From an uncultured archaeon (lineage in GTDB: Archaea > Aenigmatarchaeota > Aenigmatarchaeia > CAZXUR01), in NCBI GenBank assembly GCA_964644245.1, contig CAZXUR010000007.1, positions 1 through 43,034 of the forward strand: a DNA stretch of 43,034 nt, written 5' to 3'. Within the stretch, counting starts at the first letter, position 1. Each line of letters opens with the position of its first letter. Position numbers and translations under genes: made by a program. This document shows, piece after piece, positions 9,311 to 17,560 of this stretch. Below the pieces are notes generated by a model. The model did no database searches. It had not been told where the DNA came from and was given only the letters and a program-made list of their open reading frames with translations.

Positions 9311-11089
9311 ATGAGATTCTCTCCGTTTATATATTTTCAGGAGAATCCAGCTGGGAAATATGTTTTCTGTTTCAATCCTATAACTTTAAAGAAGATGTAT
9401 TGTTCTCCTACCTCAATGAAAAAAATAAGAAAGGATGTTAAAGAGGGAAAGAAAACTGCCACAGTAAAAAAGTTAATCAGCAATGGTTTCGTTTTTGAGG
9501 ATGAAGACAAAAATGAAGAGCTCCTGCAAAATGAGTCAGAAAAATTAAGACCATCCATAAACTTTTCCTATATCATGCCCACCAACGATTGCAACTTTGC
9601 GTGCAAGTATTGCTATATAAAGAAAAAGAAAGAACATCTTTCTAAAACAGATGCAGACAAAACACTCAAGGTTTTATATGAAAATTTTAGACAACGCGGA
9701 GAGATAAGCTTTTATGGCGGTGAGCCACTCCTTGCAAAGAAAATGCTTTTCTATATAATTAAAAAAGCTAGTAAATGGGATGATAAAAAAATTCGTTTTT
9801 CTATGGTAACCAATGGGTCTTTGGTCTCGAATTCAGTAGCCAAAAAGCTGAAGAAATTTGATGTCAATGTTTCTGTTTCTTTGGATGGATGGAAAGATTT
9901 GAACGATCAAAAAAGGGTCAAATCAGACGGCTCCTCTACTTTTAATGAGGCTTTGAGAGGTTTTTTCAATCTGCAGGATAGAGGGCTCAATCCCGGAATT
10001 TCCTGTACACTTGGTGACCATAACTTAAAACATTTAGAAGAAGTAGTGGATTTTTTTCATTCGATTGGAGTCACAAGGATTGGTTTCAACCCACCAATAA
10101 CAAAGAAATCAGCAAATACAAGACTAATTACTCTTGCCCTTTACAAAGCTTTCAAGAAGGCAAAATCGTATGGAATCTATGAAGATAGAGTCATGAGGCG
10201 TTATATTCCGTTTTGTAAAGAAGAATTTTGCCTTCAAGAGTGTGTCGGAAATGGCCATCAAATTGCCATCTCACCAGATGGTAAAGCAGCACCTTGCCAG
10301 GCCTTTTTTAATTATCGGAAACTCAACCAGATACCTTTAGATTCGGTTGGGAAAGCTGAAAATAACGACCTGTGGAAAAAATGGGCTAAGAGAAGTCCCA
10401 TTACAATGGAAGAGTGTAAAGGATGCGAACTTGTGGGTGTTTGTGGAGGTGGCTGTGCCTATAATGCATACCTCCAAAGCGGCAATATATCTAAACCGGA
10501 CAAACAACATTGCAAATGGGTAAAACCTATGTTTAGATTATTCCTTATACCGCATTACTTCCATGAGAAAGTCATGCCCGAAATTAAATATAAAGAATTC
10601 GAACTTTCAGATGGTGAGATAGTCAGAGAAATGGCAAAAAACCAAATAAAAGAGGAAAAAGAAAGGTTAAAAACTGCGAACAAGAAGGACAAAAAGATGA
10701 TTAAAGAGCAGATAAAGGAAATTAAGGGCGAATTAGGAGAATGGGACAAAGTCGTGACGGGCTGGTGTACATTAAACCTCGCGAAATTCGGTGTTGCACT
10801 GATGGCCCTCAGCGATAAAAAAGTGGTTGCCTTTTGTTCGATTGCGCCTCTCAAAGAGTATTTTGAAAAGGGAGAATTTGGTGTAGCTGAGATGGGCACG
10901 GGTGTGCTCAACGGATATGAGGGAAAAGTTGCGGAAAATCTAATCAGGCGTGCCTTGCAGAGGGCCAGAGAGATAAATATACATACAATTTATGTGGAAG
11001 ACGGAGAACCGTCTAAGAGGTTGAGAAAAGCTTTCAAAAGAGCGAACTTCAGAAAAACTGGAAAAACCATGAAGGTAAAACTTTCATGA
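9311..11089 (+). CDS. Radical SAM/SPASM peptide maturase with C-terminal GNAT-like domain
   Basis: CNFACKYC, YGGEP, TNG and SLDG motifs; SPASM CKGCELVGVCGGGC; N-terminal ~75-aa extension in the RRE position; C-terminal VVAFCSI...AEMGTGV...LIRRALQRARE resembles a GNAT fold. Confidence 0.9.
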   Translation: MRFSPFIYFQENPAGKYVFCFNPITLKKMYCSPTSMKKIRKDVKEGKKTATVKKLISNGFVFEDEDKNEELLQNESEKLRPSINFSYIMPTNDCNFACKYCYIKKKKEHLSKTDADKTLKVLYENFRQRGEISFYGGEPLLAKKMLFYIIKKASKWDDKKIRFSMVTNGSLVSNSVAKKLKKFDVNVSVSLDGWKDLNDQKRVKSDGSSTFNEALRGFFNLQDRGLNPGISCTLGDHNLKHLEEVVDFFHSIGVTRIGFNPPITKKSANTRLITLALYKAFKKAKSYGIYEDRVMRRYIPFCKEEFCLQECVGNGHQIAISPDGKAAPCQAFFNYRKLNQIPLDSVGKAENNDLWKKWAKRSPITMEECKGCELVGVCGGGCAYNAYLQSGNISKPDKQHCKWVKPMFRLFLIPHYFHEKVMPEIKYKEFELSDGEIVREMAKNQIKEEKERLKTANKKDKKMIKEQIKEIKGELGEWDKVVTGWCTLNLAKFGVALMALSDKKVVAFCSIAPLKEYFEKGEFGVAEMGTGVLNGYEGKVAENLIRRALQRAREINIHTIYVEDGEPSKRLRKAFKRANFRKTGKTMKVKLS

Positions 11090-11155
11090 CCCGGTATTCT
11101 ATTTTGGTTCAGAACTTTGTAAATCCTTATAAGCATTTCGCATATAGTAGTTGAT

Positions 11156-11482
11156 ATGAGCAGTGAAAGCAGCGAACTTCGTGCTCCCTATATAGAAGTA
11201 CCGGGCAGATATAAGCACTTGACATCTGTCTATGGAGAACGTCTTCCCGAGATGTTTACACCTCGCTACACAAAAGGGGAAAAGAGACGTTTTTTCGAGA
11301 GTGCAATAGAAGACGGCGGTTATTTCTTCTACTCTGTCGGAGATGAAGATGTTCGTGGAAAGAAATTCAAAGTCGTCTCGGTCGATGAGGATAACGTAAC
11401 CCTCAGTTTGGATGACTTGGTTGTAAAGAAGAGAATAGAGGAAGCCTACGACAGTGGAATAATCGTGGGCGAGGATTTCTGA
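11156..11482 (+). CDS. Hypothetical protein (108 aa)
   Basis: ATG-initiated ORF with protein-like composition, co-oriented with the rSAM gene; no motif recognised. Confidence 0.6.
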   Translation: MSSESSELRAPYIEVPGRYKHLTSVYGERLPEMFTPRYTKGEKRRFFESAIEDGGYFFYSVGDEDVRGKKFKVVSVDEDNVTLSLDDLVVKKRIEEAYDSGIIVGEDF

Positions 11483-11607
11483 ACCTCTCATCATTCAAGA
11501 TCGTTTTGTTTTAGTTCTCTCAAATCACTCCTGCTTTCACTTTGGGACGAACCTTTTAAGAAGTATTATCATTGTTCCGAAATAGCCAGGCTTTGTCCGG
11601 ACAAGAG

Positions 11608-11669
11608 CCTTTTCATACTCCTAATAAGCTTATAAGTATATATTAGTTAATTGACTTATGCTGTCGGTC
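11608..11669 (+). repeat. 62-bp direct repeat, right copy
   Basis: Matches 8985..9046 with one mismatch (G8995 vs C11618); contains the GT2 start codon. Confidence 0.95.
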
Positions 11670-12329
11670 GTAGTGCCTGTGTACAACGAAGCAGACGTGA
11701 TAGAGAAGAACGTGGACAGGCTCAGGAAACACCTTAAGGGAAGGTCTGAGATAGTACTGGGAGAGAACGGCTCTAAGGACGGTTCTGCGGAAATCTGCGA
11801 TCGGCTTGCGGGCGAATACAAGGATGTCAGGACCATCCACACCAAAAAGGGCCTTGGCAGGGCTCTGAAGGCGTTAATAGAGAAGGCGGAGGGCGAGAAG
11901 GTCGTTTACATGCCTGCGGACCTGGCTGTGGACGTGAAGTTCATCGACCAGGCGGAGAGACTCTTGGACGAGGTGGATATAGTGGTCGGTTCTAAGCGCA
12001 TGGAAGGGGCGGTGGACGACCGGGTTTACGCAAGGAGGTTTGCCAGTTTTATCTTCAACTCTCTGGTCAATTTATTTCTCAATCTAGGTCTCAAGGACTC
12101 CCAGTGCACCAAGGGATTCAGGAAGTCAAAGGTGGAGGGACTCTTGAACAAGACCAGTGACAGGGGCTTCTTCTTTGAAGTGGAACTGCTTTACTACGCG
12201 AAGAAAAAAGGACTGAGGATGGAAGAAGTACCGGTGGTGGTGAGGGACAAAGGCAGGAGTTCCGTCCGCATAGTCAGGGATTCGTTAAAACTTCTTAAGA
12301 AGCTTCTTGGCTTTTCTGTGAGTAAATAG
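11658..12329 (+). CDS. GT2 glycosyltransferase (dolichol-phosphate sugar synthase-like)
   Basis: SVVVPVYNE, NGSKDGS, GLGRA, ADL, VVGSKR, DSQC and FEVELL motifs. Confidence 0.9.
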   Translation: MLSVVVPVYNEADVIEKNVDRLRKHLKGRSEIVLGENGSKDGSAEICDRLAGEYKDVRTIHTKKGLGRALKALIEKAEGEKVVYMPADLAVDVKFIDQAERLLDEVDIVVGSKRMEGAVDDRVYARRFASFIFNSLVNLFLNLGLKDSQCTKGFRKSKVEGLLNKTSDRGFFFEVELLYYAKKKGLRMEEVPVVVRDKGRSSVRIVRDSLKLLKKLLGFSVSK

Positions 12330-14372
12330 GACGTAAACCATTCCTGAGGCGGTCAGCAAAACGCCCAGCCAGTCGGACCAGACCGTTCCGTAGTAAAGTC
12401 GTACTTCCTCTGACTCCGGGAATATCAGCATCAAATTAGGCGAGACCAAATAGACCTTTTCCGCGCCCTCCACCCTCCAGTTGGGGAAGTAGGACACCTT
12501 GACTAATACTGGTTGGTCAATACAGTCTGTGGTGATTGCGACTTCCTCCTCCTTCAGTGTGGCTTCTGCAACGCACGGCTCCAGGTCTCCCGCTTCTTCC
12601 AGGGCAGGGAACATCTCCCGGTTACTATATATAATAGTGGAGAAGTGGGCTCGGTCGTAGTCTGACACTTCGCTTACATAGACCACCGGCCTGTCCAGGT
12701 AGTCTGAGTGGAACCAGAGGAAGGAGGAGTTGCGCCAGTCGTTAGTGACCAGAAGGACGGGTTCCTTGGTCAGGGGTCTCACGTACGAGGACTGGGAATT
12801 AACTTCGTACACTTGAAACTCGCCGATTTCTTTGAGTAACGTGTATTCCGGATATTCCTGTATCTCTGACTTGATTTTGTCACTGGAGGCGACGTAGTAC
12901 TTTACGTTGTAGACTTCCAGGACTTCATCACCACGGGACAGGTTGGTCACAGGCATGTGTATGGGGAATCCCGGCCACCAGGACTCTGCAGACACGGTCT
13001 TCTGCATGTAGTAGAAGAACGGGAAAGTCGTCGACGACTCGAATGTAAGGCCTTCCATCACACCCTTGTCAGTGAACACTGGAGAGGCTTCAAACAGCCG
13101 AGGAGTGCCATGCGAGTTGTAGTCTCCCGAATACTCCACATCTATGCGTCCGGGAGGAAGGGACTCCAGATAGTTGTAAAGTTCTTTTACGTCCTCCCAC
13201 CCGCTCTTGGCCTCCAATCCCTCGTAGTTCCATTCTATCCACCCATCTATATAGGTGCTGGAAAGATTGACGGATATGAAAATTATTATCAGGAAGATGA
13301 CAGGCGTCAGGAGACGCACACGACTCTTGACTCTGAGACTCTTCATCATCCAACCCAGTCCGATTGGTGCGATGAGAAGCGGAAGGAGATAGAGAAAGGG
13401 TAGGAAGCGCACGTAGAGCAGGTTCACGTTCTTTATGAACAGGTAGAGAAGGGTGCCTGAAATAAACGTCCAGGACAGGTACTGTATCCTACGGTCCTTC
13501 CTGAGTGCTATTATGGCTATTGCTGCGAGGAGGTAGAAGGGCAGGAACTGGTCCAGGAACATCTTGCTGATTTCCGGGAAGCCGTAGAACACGTCTTTGG
13601 GAGCGGAAGACCAGGCGAGTTTCGCGACCATGGGAACCAGCCAGAAGGCTGAAAGGAGGAACCCCAACGCACCCGCTTTTATCAGGTATTTGGTCCGTTC
13701 GTATCTCCTTTCGTAGAGCGTCAGCGCAACCAGAAAAAGAGCGATGAAGAAAAGCATTATCATGGTGTAAATATGGTTGAGAATTACCAGTGCGATGAGT
13801 ATGGAATTTGCAACCAAGTACTTCTTGGTCTCCATCCCCTTCCAGAGCAGACCCATGGACAAGACCATGAGAGAGAGTCCTATCCCGTAAGGCACCTGCC
13901 CGGCGAGGGTGCTGGGTATGTTTCCTCCCCACCGGCTGTAAGTCTCCAGGAACAGGAAAGGGAGTGTGAAGGCAGCACCCAGTTCAGGTACTGGGAACTT
14001 GAATTTCATGTATTTCAAGCACAGATAAGCGGTCAGGGGCAGGAGGAAGACCCCCAAGGCAGTGACCAACTTGAAGGAAACTTCCAGGGGGATGAGGAAC
14101 CCCAACAACGACATCAGCAGGTAGGGGGGGATGAAGTAGTACTGGAACAGGGGAAGTCCTGCCAGCCAGTGCGGATACCAGCCGACGAGCTTGCCTTGAG
14201 GCAGGAGGTAGTTGTACATATAATGGGCGAGTACGTAGTGAGAACCCATGTCTCCGCCGGTAGTGGTGGTGGGGGAGAGAAGCAGTGAAGGCTGGTAGTA
14301 GGACAGCAGGTACAGCCATATCAAGACCAGTACTAGGCAACTGACGAGGGTCTTCCTTTCCAAAATCTCCAC
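12285..14372 (-). CDS. Polytopic membrane protein, GT-C-like (PTPS-related/YfhO-type)
   Basis: GGDMGSH...GWYPHWLAGLPLFQYY motif, about 12 TM segments, an extracellular domain with SYFPNW and a C-terminal TM. Start placed at GTG 14372; the ORF track extends to 14441. Confidence 0.8.
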   Translation of the reverse strand: MEILERKTLVSCLVLVLIWLYLLSYYQPSLLLSPTTTTGGDMGSHYVLAHYMYNYLLPQGKLVGWYPHWLAGLPLFQYYFIPPYLLMSLLGFLIPLEVSFKLVTALGVFLLPLTAYLCLKYMKFKFPVPELGAAFTLPFLFLETYSRWGGNIPSTLAGQVPYGIGLSLMVLSMGLLWKGMETKKYLVANSILIALVILNHIYTMIMLFFIALFLVALTLYERRYERTKYLIKAGALGFLLSAFWLVPMVAKLAWSSAPKDVFYGFPEISKMFLDQFLPFYLLAAIAIIALRKDRRIQYLSWTFISGTLLYLFIKNVNLLYVRFLPFLYLLPLLIAPIGLGWMMKSLRVKSRVRLLTPVIFLIIIFISVNLSSTYIDGWIEWNYEGLEAKSGWEDVKELYNYLESLPPGRIDVEYSGDYNSHGTPRLFEASPVFTDKGVMEGLTFESSTTFPFFYYMQKTVSAESWWPGFPIHMPVTNLSRGDEVLEVYNVKYYVASSDKIKSEIQEYPEYTLLKEIGEFQVYEVNSQSSYVRPLTKEPVLLVTNDWRNSSFLWFHSDYLDRPVVYVSEVSDYDRAHFSTIIYSNREMFPALEEAGDLEPCVAEATLKEEEVAITTDCIDQPVLVKVSYFPNWRVEGAEKVYLVSPNLMLIFPESEEVRLYYGTVWSDWLGVLLTASGMVYVLFTHRKAKKLLKKF

Positions 14373-15145
14373 CTCAGGCTTTTGAATTGGTAAGCCACTA
14401 CTATCAGGACTAGTAGTACCAGGGCTGCCAACAGGAACCAATTGTCAAGGAGCAAATTCCCAGGCTCTACTATTTTCACCGTTCCCCTGGTCACGGATGA
14501 GTGATGTAAATCTCCTTCATATTCGGTTACGGCTAAGACCGCATAACTGCTTCCTGCCAGGGCTCCGAAGGAGCTGATCTCGAATTCAACCACCTCTTGG
14601 GAGCCTCCCCTGATTTCCACGGTCTTCTCTCCTTCTGTTGAAATTTCCTTGGGAGTTACCAGTCGGATTCTGACTTGCTTGACATCGTTTCCCATGTTCC
14701 TAACTCTCAGCCTGATGTTTGTCTCTCCCTCTTCGGTTATGGTCGATTTCCCGATATTGGCAAAAACCTCGGAGGAAGTGGAATGCTGGTAGTCAAAACT
14801 AGAATGGGTGATGGCTGAGAAGGGATAGCCGTTGGCGTCTGCGTAGTCCACACGGACCACCAGGGGGTATGTGCCCGGTTTGTCCAGTCCTGACAGGTCC
14901 ATAGACATGTCGGTTTCAAATGATTGTCCGACCCCTAATATGTCCTTTGTCTGGGAGGAATTCCTGGTTCCCTCTAATTCAGTAGTCAACTTCACGTTGT
15001 ACGCAGATTCGTCCCCGTTGTTCTGGGTGCTCACATCGACGGTCACCACGTCTCCCGAGACTTCGGTGCTCACCTCAGTAGTCATGGATATGAATGATGC
15101 TGAAACTAAAGGGACCATCAGCAGGACTGCAAGCCACTTAAGCAT
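14333..15145 (-). CDS. Secreted Ig-fold (CARDB-like) protein with C-terminal membrane anchor
   Basis: Signal peptide, two beta-rich domains (QNNGDESAYNV, VRNMGN), C-terminal TM and basic tail. Confidence 0.8.
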   Translation of the reverse strand: MLKWLAVLLMVPLVSASFISMTTEVSTEVSGDVVTVDVSTQNNGDESAYNVKLTTELEGTRNSSQTKDILGVGQSFETDMSMDLSGLDKPGTYPLVVRVDYADANGYPFSAITHSSFDYQHSTSSEVFANIGKSTITEEGETNIRLRVRNMGNDVKQVRIRLVTPKEISTEGEKTVEIRGGSQEVVEFEISSFGALAGSSYAVLAVTEYEGDLHHSSVTRGTVKIVEPGNLLLDNWFLLAALVLLVLIVVAYQFKSLRWRFWKGRPSSVA

Positions 15146-15193
15146 ATTCTAAATTGGACGTCAGAAATAAAAAGGTAGGACCCAAGTCTTTTC

Positions 15194-15817
15194 ATGCGGG
15201 TAGAATACCTCGGACACGCGTCTGTCAAACTTATTTTCGGAGGGAAGCTGGTGTACATAGACCCCTACAAGGTGAAGGAGGGTAACGCCGACTTCATCCT
15301 CATAACCCACGACCACTACGACCACTGCGACCCCAACTCTGTCAACGCCCTGAAGAAACCAGAGACAAAGATAGTGGCGACGAAGATGGCTTCAGACAAG
15401 ATAAGCGGGAACATAACCGTGGTCAAGGAAGGGGGTACGGTTGATTTGGGTTTCAATCTGTTGGCGACGCCTGCCTACAACAAGGACAAGAACTACCACC
15501 CCAAAGGCATGGGGGTGGGATACGTGCTGGATGGTGAGAGACGCGTTTATCACGCGGGAGACACGGACTTCATACCAGAGATGGCTCAGCTGAAGGACCT
15601 TTCTTTGGACCTGGCGTTCCTGCCCATCGGAGGGACCTACACCATGGACGTAGAACAAGCCATAGAAGCGGTGAATGCATTGAATCCAAAGGCCGTTGCG
15701 CCAATACACTACGGTCCTGGTTCTCCGGTAGATTTGCATGTGAATCTGGACGTGTTCGTTAAGGCGTTGGAAAAGGCAGGGGTAGACGTATACACGGAGA
15801 AGAAGTTCGAACTCTAA
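15194..15817 (+). CDS. MBL-fold metallo-hydrolase
   Basis: LGHAS, IDP, THDHYDH, HAGDT, LPIGGTYTM and PIHY motifs. Confidence 0.92.
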   Translation: MRVEYLGHASVKLIFGGKLVYIDPYKVKEGNADFILITHDHYDHCDPNSVNALKKPETKIVATKMASDKISGNITVVKEGGTVDLGFNLLATPAYNKDKNYHPKGMGVGYVLDGERRVYHAGDTDFIPEMAQLKDLSLDLAFLPIGGTYTMDVEQAIEAVNALNPKAVAPIHYGPGSPVDLHVNLDVFVKALEKAGVDVYTEKKFEL

Positions 15818-16050
15818 CCCTTAGAAGAAAAAAATGTCTTTGTCTCTAACTTGCAGCTTCTCTGCTGTTACTTTTTCTTTCGACCTTGCAAGTAGTGGGG
15901 GGGAGATAAAGGTGGTTTCGATTAAAGATACGATGAAAAGATAAGCTAGAAGTAATATCTTATTTATGAATAAGGTGAGGATTCATATGCATCCAGATAG
16001 AAAATCTTTTTTTAAACATTTCCTAGACGCAATTCAAAGTTATATGTAAA

Positions 16051-16656
16051 TTAAGATTTTGATGTAATTTCTAACAAGTTGACTATTTTTTCAAATATTT
16101 CATTTACGTCTTCCTTCCCGTTAATTAAAAATACATTTTCCATTTATTTTTGTATCTATCAAATATACATTTGTATAAGTTACCTTCTTTTCTAAAATTT
16201 TCTTTTTTAAAAAATATTGTATTCCTCAACCTACGGTTTTTAGTTAATCTTTTCTTCCTTTCATGCAGCGTTGCGTCAAAGACAAAGGTTACGTCTGGTT
16301 CCATACAGAAAAAATTTGTTTTTTCTATTAATTTTAATGGAATTCCTTGAATTTGTTGATATACACAACTTGAAAGAAGATATCTATCAGCGATTACGAT
16401 ATTACCTTCTTCTAACTTCTCTTTGATATATCTTATATGAGCAAATCTATCTGCCGCATGTAAATATAAAAGTATAAAAGAAGAAACAAGGTTATCTCTA
16501 AAAGAATATTTGCCAATTACTTTTTTAATATGGCTCTTTTGTATAGACTACAGAAACACGGCGCTCAATTAAATATTTTTTAAGTAATTTTGCTTGTGTC
16601 GTTTTACCGCTGCCGTGAGGACCTTCAAAAACTATAAACTTAACATTTTTCTTCAT
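16051..16656 (-). pseudogene. tmk: Thymidylate kinase family gene with two frameshifts
   Basis: Manual translation: MKKNVKFIVFEGPHGSGKTTQ...TKEPY then stop at 16525-16527. A second frame continues with LHAADR, IADRYLLSSCVYQ and EPD, stopping at 16125-16127. A third segment NVFLINGKEDVNEIFEKI ends at TAA 16051-16053. Confidence 0.85.
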
Positions 16657-16657
16657 G

Positions 16658-17560
16658 TTAACATACCATTAAAGTTTTTTCTATATACTTTTTAACATGG
16701 TTTTCTTTGTATGGATATTTTATCCAGATTTTTTCGATACTGTCATTTAATATATTTCCTATGTAATCAACACAAGACTCTTTTGACCAAACCGGTGAAG
16801 CGACAACATCGCCGTTTGGATGAATGAGAAGAGCATGACCTTCCTTTATTTTATTCCAGTCAGTTAAAGTAATCCTGATATTCCAACCCATTTTATCTTT
16901 TTTATTTTTAAGTTCGTTGAATAATTTTTTAATTTCCAATGAAGACAATCTTTCTGATACAATGGTTTTTCCTCTCCCTTTTGGTATAGGACTAAGAATT
17001 TTTAGTTTTTTCGCACCAAACATATCTGCAATTTGCGCAACATAAGAAACATACTTTTTATTTTCTTCAAGAAGAACCATTACTATAGAAAAATCAATAC
17101 CTGCCTGTTTTAAACTCCACAAACCTTCTATAATTTTGTCATATGAGCCTCTTGTTTTATTATGAATTTTTCTAGGACCGTCAATTGTTACATCGACATA
17201 ATTAACGCATTCTGATAATTTTTTTGCAAGTTCTAAATCGATTTTAGTAGCATTACTAGCTACCGCCACAATGTCAAATTTGTTCTTACACATTTCCAAG
17301 ATGGATAACAAATCTTTTCTTAAAGTAGGTTCTCCGCCAGATATAATTATTCTTTTTACTCCTTCGAGATTTTTTATCATCTCCTTTAATTCTTTTATTG
17401 AGGAATCAGGCATAGATTTTGATTCACTGCAGTAAATACAATTGAGATTACATTTTCTGGTAATCTGTAAAGTAATTGACAAGGGATATTTTGGAATTAC
17501 TGCTTTTTTGTTTTCAGAGTGGAAATGCTGCTCCGTAAGGTTAAACCTTATTTTTTCCAT
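16658..17560 (-). CDS. Radical SAM protein lacking SPASM cysteines
   Basis: CNLNCIYC, SGGEP, SNAT and TIDG motifs; the C-terminal IHPNGDV...IGNILNDSIEKIW extension has no auxiliary-cluster Cys motif. Likely start MEKIRF at 17560. Confidence 0.88.
   Translation of the reverse strand: MEKIRFNLTEQHFHSENKKAVIPKYPLSITLQITRKCNLNCIYCSESKSMPDSSIKELKEMIKNLEGVKRIIISGGEPTLRKDLLSILEMCKNKFDIVAVASNATKIDLELAKKLSECVNYVDVTIDGPRKIHNKTRGSYDKIIEGLWSLKQAGIDFSIVMVLLEENKKYVSYVAQIADMFGAKKLKILSPIPKGRGKTIVSERLSSLEIKKLFNELKNKKDKMGWNIRITLTDWNKIKEGHALLIHPNGDVVASPVWSKESCVDYIGNILNDSIEKIWIKYPYKENHVKKYIEKTLMVC

Larger units (their letters stand above)
9047..11607. mobile_element. AT-rich inserted cassette between 62-bp direct repeats, no recombinase gene inside
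   Basis: Flanked by the duplicated divergent promoter region; visibly more AT-rich than neighbouring genes; carries a peptide, an rSAM-GNAT gene and an unknown ORF. Confidence 0.65.

Noticed and set aside
9302-9313. Precursor peptide is in frame with the rSAM gene across TAG TAG, suggesting amber read-through or recoding
   Set aside because: There are two consecutive stops followed by a proper ATG. Other genes here end normally in TAG, and no pyrrolysine machinery is visible.
15820-15985. Open minus-strand frame with a hydrophobic stretch
   Set aside because: It has no plausible start codon (preceded by TGA) and no motif. It may be a remnant, but this is unsupported.
16022-16050. TTATATGTAAA resembling an archaeal dif arm at the islet edge
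   Set aside because: The opposite arm and spacer fit poorly, and no matching site was found at the other islet boundary.
16658-17560. Calling the radical SAM a bona fide viperin
   Set aside because: It lacks the recognisable viperin N-x-H and CNYxCxFC signature. It is kept only as a contextual analogy.
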